The translations under genes and the position numbers were made by a program. Under the pieces are notes generated by a model. It worked only from the letters and a program-made list of their open reading frames with translations, was not told the origin of the DNA and ran no database searches. A stretch of 64,000 nucleotides of DNA from Raja brachyura (lineage: Eukaryota): NCBI GenBank assembly GCA_963514005.1, contig OY740804.1, forward strand, positions 5,766,001 to 5,830,000, read 5' to 3'. The number at the start of each line of letters is the position of its first letter. The first letter of the stretch is position 1. Below, piece by piece: positions 24,262 through 37,349 of this stretch.

Positions 24262-24268
24262 CTTCCTC
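24262..24268 (-). promoter_or_regulatory. Possible ETS/PU.1 site (GAGGAAG) about 90 nt upstream of the gene B ATG
   Basis: Motif conserved at the same offset in gene C (40346-40352). Short motif inside a duplicated block, so weak support. Confidence 0.25.
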
Positions 24269-24357
24269 ATTGCTATTAGAGAGATGTGTTTGTATCTGAG
24301 AGCTCAGAGCTGAGCGACCGACAGACAAGTGCTGGCATTGCCACTATGGATAAAACA

Positions 24358-24394
24358 ATGTGGATTCCCATTCTTCTCATCTCCTCGCTGCGTG
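24358..24394 (+). CDS. Gene B signal-peptide exon ([12 protein letters not shown])
   Basis: 37 nt, G|gtgagt donor, near-identical to 40442-40478. Confidence 0.82.
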
Positions 24395-27300
24395 GTGAGT
24401 GATAGCCAGAACTAAATATTCTAATAATCAATGTTAGTTGGGGCCCCGTGTACTCTTTCCACAGCAGAGATGGATACGAATGTGTAGACATGTAATGGGG
24501 GCAATGGAACTCAGTGCATTGTAGTGTCGGCGTGTCATTTATTTTATCAGAATTTTATGTTGTCCATTATGCCTTTAAATCAGAATACAGTGTTGTTTCA
24601 TATCTTTGATACGCCATAATGGATTGGCAATATAAAGGAAGTTTAGCTTACAGAGTCCGGGCAATGAAACCATTTTATTTCGTGAAAGAGTAACATGCTC
24701 ATAGCTAGGCAAGTTTTCAGGAAGCAGAAAATGTGGAATTAATGTCGCAGATACAATTTCTCCCGCTCACGTTGGTTTCTGTGGAGCTAATGTGGCTGAC
24801 ATATTTTTCTCTCGACTTCCTCTTAAAATTAGGAGTCATTCCCTACACACCCTTTGCCTCTGACTGTGTAGAGTTGTCCGCTTCACCCACATGGCACGTT
24901 AACGATTCTGCTCTGGAATTCAAATAGATTTAATTGTTTTGTTACTGATTTTCACCGGACGAAGGTAGCTCACAAGGCCAGTATTTATTGTCCTGATCTC
25001 TTTTTTTTCCCCTTTCTGGGCCATTGCAGAGGGACGCTTCGGAGCCAAGCTCATTGTGGGGGCTCTGCAGTCGCTTGTAAACAAGTCTGGGTAGGACTGG
25101 TAGATGGGGTTGGGGTGATAATGTCGTGCCTTCATGGTCACAATTGCTGCTATACGTTTCTGTTTTAACCTAATTTTAACCACTGTTGCAACGTGGTCAA
25201 ATTGCATCCATTTATATGCATACCATGGCAACTAGATTTGGAGCATATACTCCAAGTCAGCTGTACCAATAGTCAATAAGTCCAATAGTAGGCTATTCCG
25301 CACTTTGAGGCAGCGCCGCCAATCACTGTGATCATGACTGATCATCCACAATCAGTACCCCCTTGCTGCCTTCTCCCCATGCCCCCCCCCCCCACTACGC
25401 TATCTTTAAAACCTCTATCTATCTCTCTCTATCTACCACTGCACCGCCTGGGATTGTTGAAAGGTAGCTCATAGAAACATAGAAAATTGGTGCAGGAGGA
25501 GGCCATTCGGCCCTTAGAGCCAGCACCACCATTCATTGTGATCATGGCTGATCGCTCCCAATTAATAACCTGTGCCTGCCTTCTCCCCATATCCCTTGAT
25601 TCCACTAGGCCCCAGAGCTCTATCTAGCTCGTGAAACTACGCTGCACTGCCTCAATCACAAGGATACCCTTCCGCAAATTAGGAGACCAAAACTGGACAC
25701 AATACTCCTGATGTGGTCTCACCAGAGCCATTATACAACTGCAGAAGAAACTCTTTACTCCTGTATTGAAATCCTCTTGTTATGAAGGCCAAAATTCCAT
25801 TAGCTTTCTTCACTGCCTGCTGTACCTGCACGCCAACTTTCAGCGACTGGTGTACAAGGACGCCCATGTCTTGCTGCACCTCCCCCTTGCCTAACCTAAC
25901 CCCATTGAGATAATAATATGCTCCCTTGTTTTTGCCGCCAAAGTGGATAACCTCACATTTATCTATATTATACTGCATCTGCCATGCATCTGCCTACTCA
26001 CTCAACCTGTCCTGGTCTCCCCACACCTCCTAACATCGTCTTCACAGTTCACACTGCAACCTAGCTTTGTGTCATCCGCAAACTTGCTAGTGTTGCTCCT
26101 AATTTCCTCTTCCAAATCATTAATATATATGGTAAACAGTTGCGGCCCCAACACCGAGCCTTGCGGCACTCCACTCTCCACTGCCTGCCATTCTGAACAG
26201 GACCCGTTCATACCTACTCTTTGCTTCCTGTCTGCCAACCAATTTTCTATCCATGTCAACACCCAACACCCAATACCATGTGCTCTAATTTTAGTCACCA
26301 GTCTCCCGTGCGGGACCATATCAAAGGCACTGCAACACTGCCGCGCTCTCTCAGTACCGCACTGCGAACCCAGCCCAGTTTCTGCTCAGGGATCTGCAGT
26401 GGGAAGTAAACCCTGATTAAGTAATTATACTGACCCGGGGACAGAACACTGACACAACTGGTACAAGAAGTGCAGCGACTGTACGTCAGACCAGAACCCT
26501 TGACCGTGAAGCAATATGACAACCCTGGAACTTTCTAACTTTTCTTTAATATTATTTTCAAGATGTATCTACTTTCATGAAACGGGTATATTCCTCTCAG
26601 TTCTGAAAGTTTCTCCCCTCAGTTTCAGATGCAGTGTGGGGAGAGAGGGATGTAAGAGGAGTTGTGGGAAGAGCGATCACAATCGATTGTCACTATGCAG
26701 CCGAGTACCGCTCACACACAAAATACTGGTGCCGTGTGCGGAGTCGCCAATGTATAGATATGGTGCAAACAATGGAGCAACATAAACGGAGTGGAAGAGT
26801 GTCAATCAGAGATATCCCGGCACGAGGAATATTTATTGTGACGGTGGAGGATCTTCACTCTGGAGATACAGGACGGTACCGATGTGGAATTACAGCACCT
26901 GGCAAAAAACCAGTGTTTCACCTACAGCTCCAAGTATCTGACGGTACGTTTCTCAGCGATTGACTTGACGTCTCTACTGAAATGCCTGATCCACGTTTTC
27001 TCCAGGAAAAGTCAGGGCGGCACCGATATCCCGAGGCTCCGCAGCAGTGCAGAGACCTGCGGGGAGCGGGCGGGGGTCCGGAAACCCCACCCATGTTGCA
27101 CTCACCCAGTGCGGGCTCTGTCCCACTGAGCGGCCACCCACTTCAACTGGGATGCTCAGCACATTCCCCTCCCTCTGAACTGTATGAAACATCACCCTGT
27201 CGGATGTTTGCATTGCGACTCAAACTAATAATCCGACAGATCAGAGAGAAACAAGTATTCCTCGCGGTCTGAACACCCGAAGAATAATAAACAGCGAATC

Positions 27301-30300
27301 AGTCCCCAGAGCTCAACATACTTCATTCAGTCCGCCCGGGGGCAGGCCAACCTGCATCGCGCCCCCACCTCAGGGATCAGTCAAACCCTCCCCACCCCGC
27401 GCTCTCTCTCTCTTTCCCTCTGCCGCGTCACTGCGCCCCCAACCCCAGCAACCACTGCCCACCCACCGCCCGGCAGCCAACCAGCCTCTCCACCCGGACA
27501 TTTCCCCGGCGGTAAGCAGAATAAACTCATCTTTCGCCCCATCAGCCGTCGCACCCCGCAGAAAATCCTCCGACATTTTCGCCACCTCCAACGGGATCCC
27601 GCTACTGGCTACACCTTTCCATCTCCACCGCTTTCTGCTTTCAGAAGAGACCGTTCCCTCCGTAACTCCCTGGTCAACTCGTCCTTTCCATCCCAAACCA
27701 CCCCATTCCCAGATACCTTCCCACACAACTGCAGGAGATGCAACGCATGTCCATTGAATGGCGGTGCTGGCTCGAAGGGCCGAATGTCCTACTCCTGCAC
27801 CTATTTTCTATTGTCCATTGTCTATCTTATGGCAGGTACAAAATCATGCGAGGAATAAATCGAGTAAATGCACAGTCTTTTGCCCAGAGTAGGGGAATCT
27901 AGAACCAGAGGACATCGTTTTAAGACGAGGGGTGAATGATTTAACAAGAACCTGGGGAGCAACTTATTTACACAAAGGTTGGTAGGTATATGAAACGAAC
28001 TGCCCCGGAAGTAATTATGGGGGGTACTATCCCAACATTTAAGAAACATTTAGACAGCTACATGAATAGGATAATTTTAGAGGGTTAAGGGCCGAGCGAG
28101 TTAAAGTCAAAAGTCAAAGTATCCTTTATTAAACTGAACGAAATGTCGTTGCCTTGCAGTCATACATATAATAAAAAACAAAAAACACACAATAAACACA
28201 AATTTAACATCCACCACAGTGAGTTCACCAGGCACCTCCTTGCTGTGTGGAAGGCAAAAGTCTTAAAGTCTTTGTCCCTTCCTTCCTTGTTCTCCCTCTG
28301 TGCTGAGGCGACCCATGCCCCCGATGTTATCGTCCACTGCGCCCGTGGCCGAGCCTCCGAAGTCGGGCCGCTGCCGCCGCCGGAACACCGGAAGGCCGGA
28401 ACGCCGCCACAACTCCGAAGTTGGACCGCCAGGGCCCCGAGGCCGCCACCTCCACCATTAGGCCTCAGCGGAGACGGGGACGGACGACACGACAAGAAAA
28501 AGTCGCATCCACCCGAAGGAAGAGACTAAAACCATGTTTCAGGCCCCACCTCGTCCCCCCCCCCCCCCCCCCCCACACCCACACACACACACACACACCA
28601 TTACACAAGCTAATAAACTAAATTTAACTAAAACAGACAAAAGAAAACAACAACAAATGTGGATCCCTTGAAGGGAGACATGGATGAAATTATTATGGGC
28701 AACAAATAAATGGCAAAAGAGTCGAATAGGCCAGGCAGTGCTGCCACTTCCGGAGTGCAGGTGGAACTAGTGTAGATTGGGCGTTTTGGTCAGCGCGGGC
28801 AAGTTAGACCGAAGGGCCAGTTTCTACGCTGTATGACTCTCTGACTCTATGTAGATGGATGGGTCAGATTCCAACATGGCGGCTCCAGCTAAGATACAGA
28901 GATGGTGGATATTGGCGAGTGTTTGATTTTCAGATGTTCACGCAGTGTCTGACTGTCTTCTCCTTTCCCACAGAACCCGTGTCTATTCCTGTGCTTCAAT
29001 TTCTGTCACCAGCCAATGTCTTCTGTCTCCGGGGCTCAGTGTCAGTGTCCTGTGAGTCGGTCAGGGGATCCCTTCCCATTAGCTACAGCTGGTATGAAAA
29101 TACCCCATCCGAGGAATCAAAGATCTCAGACAACAGTGTACTGGATCTACATCGTCAAGCCTTCCAAAACCAGCACCATCAATATTATTGCACAGCCTCA
29201 AATAATAATGGATCCAAATCCAGTGAAATGGTCAACGTGTCCATCTCCAGCAGTGACGTATCCTGCAGTATCCTAGTAAAAATCAACGGCACTAGTAAGT
29301 AGTGGAGGGAATGTGGAGAAGAAAGGGAAGTGGGGGTGGAGTGGTTATTGAGAGCAGCAGAAATAGCCAACTCAATCATGGCTGATCTATCTTCCGCTCT
29401 TCACCCCATTCTCCTGCCTTCTCCCCAAAGCCAAGACATCATGAAATCCATGCACGTTATTTAATTAACTTATCAAGATTAAAATGATGGAATGATGGTC
29501 CATTTGTCAATATGTGGATGCTGGGCTCCAGACATACATTGCCCAGTGCTGGTGTAAATCAACTTCCTGGCTAGAACTACCTATTATGTTTACACAGCTT
29601 TTATCTAGATTTGCAGTGACATCAGTCCAAGAACTTTCACATTCCGGCATCATCTCTACACAATCCACACACAGATCTGGTAAGGGAATGAATATTATCA
29701 GTAAATGTGGCCACAGTTAACTCCCAGACAATGGTATTAGATTTGGTCCACTTTGTTAATGTTGACCCTTCAGAACCATCGATACGAATCCCATTTACAA
29801 ACACATCGTCCATTCTGGCAATTCAGGTACCTCCACCATCTAGATTTAAAAATGTTTCTTGAGAACCTTGAAACATCCTGCTCCTAAACTTAACCATATC
29901 TTATCCACTTTTACGCATATCTGCCGTGCAGCATATTCCAAAAATACTCTATCTATGCTGGTCACAGTTCTGCACACCCGTAATAGGTTCCCCCTTCATC
30001 ACCTGCTCTGCATGGAATTTTATAAAACCCCTACCCAGCCCTTCCTCATCATAGTAATGTTTCATCTCAAGCAATGCTCTCGCAAGTGAAATTGGAAACA
30101 TTTGATCAGTTCATGGATACATAGAAACATAGAAACATAGAAAATAGGTGCAGGAGAAGGCCATTCGGCCTTTCGAGCCAGCACCGCCATTCATTGTGAT
30201 CATGGCTGATTATCCCCTATCAATAACCCGTGCCTACCTTCTCCCTATATCCCTTGACTCAACTAGTCCCTAGAGCTCTAACTCTCTCTTAAATCCATCC

Positions 30301-33300
30301 AGTGTCTTAGCCTCCACTGCCCTCTGTGGCAGGTAATTCCATAAATTCACAACTCTCTGGGTGAAAACGTTTTTACTCACCTCAGTCTTAAATGTCCTCC
30401 CCTTTATTCTAAGACTGTAGCCCCTGGTTCTGGACTCACCCAACATTGGGAACATTTTTCCTGCATCTAGCTTGTCCAGTCCTTTTATAATTTTACATGT
30501 TTCTATAAGATATCCCCTCATCCTTCTAAACTCAAGTGAATACCAGCCTAGTTATTCAATCTTTCCTCGTATGACAGTCCCGCCATCTCAGGGATCCATC
30601 TCGTGAACCTACGCTGCACTGCCTCAATCAAAAGGATGTCCTTCCGCATATTAGGAGAGCAAAACTTTACACAATACTCCAGATGTGGTCTAACCAGAGC
30701 CCCATACAACTGCATAAGAACCTCTTTACTCCTATACTGAAATCTTCTTGTTATGATGGCCAACATTCCATTAGATTTCTACACTGCCTGCTGTACCTGT
30801 GAGCCAACCTTCAGTGACCGGTGTGCAAGGACGCCCAGGTCTCGCTACACCTCCCCCTTACCTAACCTAACCCCATTGACGTAATAATCTGCCCCCTTCT
30901 TTTTTGCTGCCAAAGTGGATAACCTCACATTTATCTATATTATACTGACCCTGCCACGCATCTGCCAACTCACTCAACCTGTCCAGGTGACCCTGCAACC
31001 TCCTAACATCCTCTTCACAGTTCACACTGCCACCCAGCTTTCTGTCATCCGCAAACTTGCTAGTGTTGCTCCTAATTCCCTCTTCCAAATCATTAATATA
31101 TATGGTAAACAGTTGCGGCCCCAACACCGAGCCTTGCGGCACTCGCCACAGCCTGCCATTCTGAAAAGGACCCGTTCACTTGTACTCTTTGCTGCCAACC
31201 AATTTTCTATCCATGTCAACACCCTACCCCCAATACCATGTGCTCTAATTTTAGTCATCAGTCTCCCGTGCGGTAGCTTGTCAAAGGCTTTCGGAAAGTC
31301 TAGATACACTACATCCACTGGCACCCCTTCATCAGTTTTACTTGTCACATCCTCAAAACATTCCAGAAGATTAGTCAAGCAGGATTTCCCTTTCATAAAT
31401 CCATGTTGACTTGGACTGATCCTTTTACTGCTATCCAAATGCACCATTGTTACCTCTTTAATAATTGACTCCAGCATCTTTCCCACCACCGAATCACCCA
31501 ATACTATTTCTCATCATATGAAAATTTCTTTTAGTCCCTCTACTCTCTTAGATCCTCTGTCCTCCAGTACATCTGGGAGATTGTTTGTGTCTTCCTTAGT
31601 TAAGACAGATCCGGAGTACCTATTCAACATTCTGCCATTTCTTTTGCCCATAATAATTTCACCCGTGTCTTCCTTCGAAGGACCCACATTTGACTTCGCT
31701 ACTTTTTTCCCTTAACATATTTAAACAAGTTTGTAGTGTCCTTTATATTCCTGGTCAGCTTCCCTTCATACTTCATCTTTCAGCCGGTATTGCCCGTTTT
31801 GTTTCCTTCCCATGAAAGTTTCCCAATCATCTGGCTTCAGGCTACTCTTTGTTGTGTTATACATCTTTTCTTTTAGTTTTATTCTATCCCTAACTTCTCT
31901 TGTAAGCCCCGGTTCGACCATCATTCCCGTTAGGATCCCTTTCCAGTCTACCTTGGCCAGCTGCCCTCTCATGCCTTCATAGTCGCCTTTATTCATCTGT
32001 ATCACTGATAATTCCGAATTAACCTTCTCCTTCTCAAATTGCAGATTAAAATGAATCATATTATGATCACTACCTCCAAGCGGTTCCTTTACATCGAGTT
32101 CTCTTATCAAATCTGGTTCATTGGACAACACTAAATCCAGAATTGCTTAATCTCTGGTCGGCTCCATTACAAGCTGCTCTGAGAATCCATCTCAGAGGCA
32201 TTCTACAAACTCTCTTTCTTCTGGTCGTTAACCAACCTGATTTTCCCAGTCTACCTGCATATTGAAATCCCCCATCACCATAGTGCCATTAGCTTTGTTA
32301 CATGCCAGTTTTAACAATTTTAGTGTCTTCTTGCCTTTACATTTCCTCAACTCAATCCACAGTGACTCTACCTCGTCAGTCCCTATGTCTTCCCTCGCAA
32401 GGGACTGAATTCCATCCCTCACCAGCAGAGAACCCCCCCTCATCTGCCCATCTGCCGGTCATTTCTGTAGGATGTATAACCCTGAATATTAAGTTCCCAG
32501 GCCCGATCCTCCTGCAGCCATGTCTCAGTAATCTCCACAAAGTCATATCTACCAACCTCTAACTGAGCCTCAAGCTCAACTACTTTACTTCTCATATTTC
32601 GCACATTCATATACAATACTTGTAATTCCTTACGCATCTCACCTTTCACATCTATCCCTATTACACTTGGCCATACTCTCCTACCCTTCGTGAGCTTCCT
32701 TTCCTGTTAAATCTGGGGTAATTGACTATCCCTTTACTCTCTTTCCCTTTAACTCCATCCTCGACTATCCCATTTGACACCCTACCCCTCTTATTCAGTT
32801 TTAAAACACCCGTGTAGCAGTGGCAAACCTGCCTGCCAGAATGCTGATCCCCCACCTGTTAAGATGCAATCCGTTCCTTTTGTACATTTCCCTTACTCTG
32901 TCCGTGACATCCTGGATCCTGGCATCAGGAAGGCAGCACACCATCCTCGAACCCCGTCTGTTCCTGCAGAAACCCCTGTCCGTACCTCTCACAATGGAGT
33001 CCCCAACTACAATGGCGTTGCCTGACGTTGGCCTCTTTGGTTTTGGCTCAACAGCCCTCTTTGCTTCGCAAGCCAGTCCGCGCCTCAGTGTGACAATGTC
33101 TTCTGTCCCGACAGCTTCTAAGTGGGTGAACCTGTTCACAAGATGTACAACACCCGGGGACGTTTGCATTCTTTGTTTCCCTCCTTTTCCCACCTTCTCT
33201 CTTCCAGTACCTTAGGTGTAACAATCTTACTGTAGGACCTGGCGAGGAACGACTCAGCTGCTCAGACGAACCTGAGGTCACCCACTTGCTTCTCCAATTC

Positions 33301-36229
33301 CCCAACACGGTCCTTCAGGAGATGTACCTGGATGCACTTCTCACATGTGTGATACATCGTATAATACATTGTATAATACACTCATAATGCCATATCTGAG
33401 TTACTGCGTGGCAATATGTGGTAACACCTACAAAATCAACCGACAGCCGTTATGCACATTACAAAAAAGAGCAAAGAGAATTATCAATAACGTTGGATAT
33501 CTTGAACAACCAATTTATTATTCTTAAAGTCACATACACTGAAGTTCACCGATCCGGTTAAATTTAAGACTGCACAAATCATGTCCAAAGCAAGAAATAA
33601 TTTACTTCCAGGAAATATACAAAAACAGTTTATGGAAAGACAGGGTGGGTATAATTTGAGAGGGGAACATAATTTTAAAAAACTCATTTTTGCTAAATTT
33701 GTATAAGATAATTATAAGCAGTTGAATAAGGGGTGGGAATTAATAAGCTTTAGTTTCTTCCTGCTCCTTTTCGGACACATACGATTTCATTTATTTATAG
33801 ATATTGTTTATGACACTTTATAAATATTTTTGGGGGGTTTTGTATGCTCTTTCACAGTTGCTCTTTATTCTTTTATTCTGTTCGAAATAAAGAATTATTT
33901 TTTATTTAAATCGAGCAAACAGGCTGAGTACACAACGTCCAGTAATCGCCAGTAGACTAGTTCCATGGGGACAATTTACAGAAATGCCCCGTGTGTACAG
34001 GAACCAACAAACTACACGACTTCAGATTGCGGGGGAAACTGGAGCGCTTTGAGAAAACCCACAAGTTCACAGGGAGGAGGTACAAATTCCATACAGACAG
34101 CATCCGTAGTCCGGATCGAACCCGTGCCTCTGGCGCTGTAATGCAGCAACTCTACCGCTGCGCCACCGTCCCGCACTCGCCTGCTTGTCATGATAACAGC
34201 TTCCATTTGCTGCAAATCACACTGAAGAATCATTACCCTGTCTCTTAAGCCTATCAACTCCTTACATCAGACACCCATACTCTCTTGTTCAACTGCAAGT
34301 GAAAAGCAGTGAAACTGACATTTATTTCCTTGTTCCAACAGGTCATGAATATTCTTCTGATAATTCGATAACATCCAATTACTCTGCAAGGTAAACCGCT
34401 CTGTTCCAATGAAAGTTACAATGTACTAATAGCCGGTGTTTTGATTGGGAATGATTTAATTGGGAGATAGTTGAACCTTCCTTTCGCTGGCATTGAATGT
34501 CACGAGAGTATTGATCTGAATGCACAGTGACACAGCCTGCGGAATCACAGCCTCACAACGCACGACCCTGGTTCATTAGGTGCTGCCTGTTTATGGTCTG
34601 CATGTTTTCCCTTTCATTGTGTTGGTTTAATTTAAGTGCTCCAGTTTCCTCCCAGCTCCTAAATATGTGCCAGTTGTAAATTGCCCCGTGTGTACAGGAA
34701 AACGGTTGAATCTGTGGATATAAGAACGTTAATACCGCCGATATGAGCGAACCTCTAACCAAAATTTCGAACACGATTCCTCCATCCACACAGCTACCGC
34801 GTCAATCCAAGTAATATCGAGGATGTGATATTAAATATTATCATTTTAAATTTAGTTCATTAATTGGCCTCATCTGTTTCCATATTTATTGCCCCATCTG
34901 CTTTCCACCATTAGAATTGATCCTTTTTAATTATTCCTCTCTATTCATATGGATTTTATTATAATCTTCCTTCAGCTGCATTTTCATTCTTCCAGGGTAT
35001 TACACTATTCTTTGTATCCTTACTCATCCCCGGTTTCCCGCTCCCGTGACTCCCAGTCTGAAGAATAGTCTAAACCCGAAACTTCCCGCATTCCTTCTCT
35101 CCAGAGATGCTGCCTCTACCGCTCAGTTTCTCCAGCATTTTGTGTCTATCTACTCTGTATTCGCTGTGTTTCACTGCTCCATCTCGAGTCTTATTTCCCT
35201 GTCTTCTCCGAATCCATTTAACCGTGTAATTTCTCATTCCCAGTCTTGTAGCCATGCTCCAGCTATGAGGTCAGTAATTGGTGATCATAAGTTGTTGTGT
35301 CCCCCCCCCCCAGTTCAACACCCGTTCTTTCTCCCACCTGATCTCCATTGACGCTGCTGCTTCGCCCCGCTCCACCTCACCAAGATTATGAAGCAAATAA
35401 CAGGTAAATGTTTCAAAGATAAACCGTCTCGTTTCCTCCCATTGATTCTGTATCTCTTGCCCTTTGCCCAGTTACATCGCATGGAAAGTGGGGCGCTGGC
35501 TGTTCTTCCTCCTGCTTGTGATCTGCAGTATCTCAACCGCGGTGCTCACAAGAGGCTCTAAGGTAGGTTTGATTGTCATCGTGTTCGTAAATTATATGAG
35601 CAGAATTGGGTCATTGAGCCCATCATATCTAATCCGCCCCCAATCACGGCTGATCTACCCTTCCCTCTCGATCCCATTCTCCTGCCTTCTCCCCATAACC
35701 CTTGACATCCTTATTTATCAAGAAGATGAAAATCTCCGACTTAAAAATATCAATTGATTTGGATAGATACAAAAATGCTGAAGTAGCTCGGCGGGGCGGG
35801 CAGCATCTCCGCTGTGAATTGACCTTGCCTCCACAGCCTCTTGTGGTAATGAAATCCGTAAATTCACCACCCTCTGACCAAAGCAATCGCTTCTCATCGC
35901 CGAATGTTTCGAAACGGTTTCCATTAATGCTTTCGAATATCCTGTCCATTGATAGAAACAAAAACCGTGCACGTTTTCATACCCTGGAGTTTAAGCAAAC
36001 GTCTATGTGGATGATATCACGAGGTTCTGTCATGTTGTACGTGTGCAGCGTGGAATTCTGTGCCCGGTGTGGATTCTGTAGGGACTATCTTCCAGACAGC
36101 AGTGTGTTGGGAGTGGTCGTGTCAAATAAAGCGTGGTTCCCACTGTCAGTGAGCCTGATGACTTCACATTATCTTTTGCAGAGACGCGATGAGTCAGAAC
36201 CTCGCCACTCGGCCCACGAATTACAATGA
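24358..36229 (+). CDS. Gene B: CD300/pIgR-like (MDIR-type) Ig receptor, leader-V-C2-stalk-TM-short tail, 288 aa, activating-type
   Basis: Exons 24358-24394, 26623-26943, 28974-29294, 34342-34390, 35472-35562, 36182-36229. Exon sizes and phases are identical to gene A. AATAAA at 36616-36621. An in-frame upstream ATG lies at 24346. Confidence 0.85.
25471..26328 (-). mobile_element. CR1 LINE fragment in gene B intron 1
   Basis: RT motifs in ORFs 26002-26319 and 25679-25978. The empty site is visible in the paralog at about 41875. Confidence 0.9.
26623..26943 (+). CDS. Gene B Ig V-set exon
   Basis: ORF 26634-26963: [24 protein letters not shown]. gtacgt donor. Confidence 0.9.
28101..28753 (-). 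mobile_element. Second copy of the non-autonomous GC-rich retro-element
   Basis: Reverse complement of 37350-38114 with a shorter internal array. Empty site at about 54170. Confidence 0.7.
28974..29294 (+). CDS. Gene B Ig C2-type exon
   Basis: ORF 28859-29302: [24 protein letters not shown]. cag acceptor, gtaagt donor. Confidence 0.9.
30121..33345 (-). mobile_element. Long degenerate CR1 LINE (ORF1 SGNH-esterase remnant, endonuclease, RT)
   Basis: [16 protein letters not shown] at 32801-33193, ITETWL/GDFN/GSDH endonuclease motifs, RT motifs, (ATAGAAAC) tail at 30121. Confidence 0.92.
33346..33910 (+). mobile_element. L2-group (Crack/Daphne-like) LINE 3' fragment
   Basis: [29 protein letters not shown], followed by a 3'UTR ending in AATAAA. 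Confidence 0.65.
34342..34390 (+). CDS. Gene B stalk exon ([16 protein letters not shown])
   Basis: Paralog of 10522-10570 with the same splice sites. Confidence 0.8.
35472..35562 (+). CDS. Gene B transmembrane exon ([31 protein letters not shown])
   Basis: Paralog of 12022-12112. cag acceptor, gtaggt donor. Confidence 0.85.
36182..36229 (+). CDS. Gene B terminal coding exon ([15 protein letters not shown])
   Basis: Paralog of 12716-12763. Confidence 0.72.
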   Translation, partial: RRDESEPRHSAHELQ

Positions 36230-36615
36230 AGACTCCTAGCTTGCACCAGCAGTGAGGGAATTCTGCACCGCGATGAAATGTTTATGCATCATCCTGCTTT
36301 GTCAACAGATATCTACTGGACAGAATATACGTCTCTTGCAATTCAACTAATGATTTCATGAAAGTGACTTCAAAGCAATGTTCCAAACTTTGCAAACCAT
36401 ATCTGTTTCCAAAACTCATTTCCCGCACTGATCTTAATTTTTGTCACCTCTTCCAAGGTTTCTTTCGTCACCATCAAACTATTGTTTTAACCTTTGCATG
36501 GTTTCCGTTGCTCCAGCGTCTTATACTCTGTTAAGCTATATTATATGCATTCAACATCCTAGAAAAAAATTTTTTGTCACTGATTAATGAATATTAATGC
36601 ATCAGAATGCTTCTT

Positions 36616-36621
36616 AATAAA
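36616..36621 (+). terminator. Polyadenylation signal, gene B
   Basis: Paralogous AATAAA. Confidence 0.6.
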
Positions 36622-37278
36622 TTGTTATTGTCGATAAATCGCTTGTCCAATTTGTTTTGTGTAGACTGTAACTTTAGTGATGAAGAACAGACTGCAATCA
36701 GACTGCTGGATAATCCTCCGGTTGCCAAACATTAAAGGCGTTGCGGAAAGGCAATCAATTAATCTTTCACACCATGCTATTCTATCAGGACAAAATTATG
36801 CAACGACATTGTTCAGCCGATTAGCTTTATTTTTCGCTCCACATATGTTGACTGACGCGCTAAGCACATCCAACATCTGCAGATTTAATTTCCGATATGC
36901 AACTAATTTTTAGGTAGGAAGGAACTGCAGATGCTGGTTTAACCTGAAGATAGACATAAATTGCTGGGGAAACTCAGCGTGACAGGCGCCATCTGCGGAT
37001 AGATCAGGTAGGTTTAGGCGCACTGAGCGGCGGTTTTCAGCGAAACGATCGCCGAGCCTGCGCTTGTTCTCGCATCTCGGCGATCGTTTCGCTGAACGCC
37101 GCCACTCAGACCGCCTAAATCTATCTGATTTCCCGGTCGCTAAACAGTTTAACATCCCCTCCCATTCCCACACTGACATTTCAATCCTGGGCATCCTCCA
37201 TTGTCATAGTGAGGGTTACACAAAAAGCTGGAGAAACTCAGCGGATGCAGCAGCATCTAGGGAGCGAAGGAGATAGGC

Positions 37279-37306
37279 GACGTTTCGGGTCGAGACCCTT
37301 CTTCAG
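37279..37306 (-). ncRNA. Minimal hammerhead-ribozyme-like core in a Penelope terminal repeat
   Basis: CTGAAGA-A-GGGTCTCGACCC-GAAAC-GTC. Identical core at 48332-48359 (+). Confidence 0.45.
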
Positions 37307-37349
37307 TCCATAGTGAGTCCTTGCGCAAATTGGAGGAACAGCACCTCAT

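Noticed and set aside
35702-36229. 175-aa ORF as an independent gene
   Set aside because: Only the last 16 codons follow a splice acceptor and are conserved in gene A. The rest is intron with repeat fragments.
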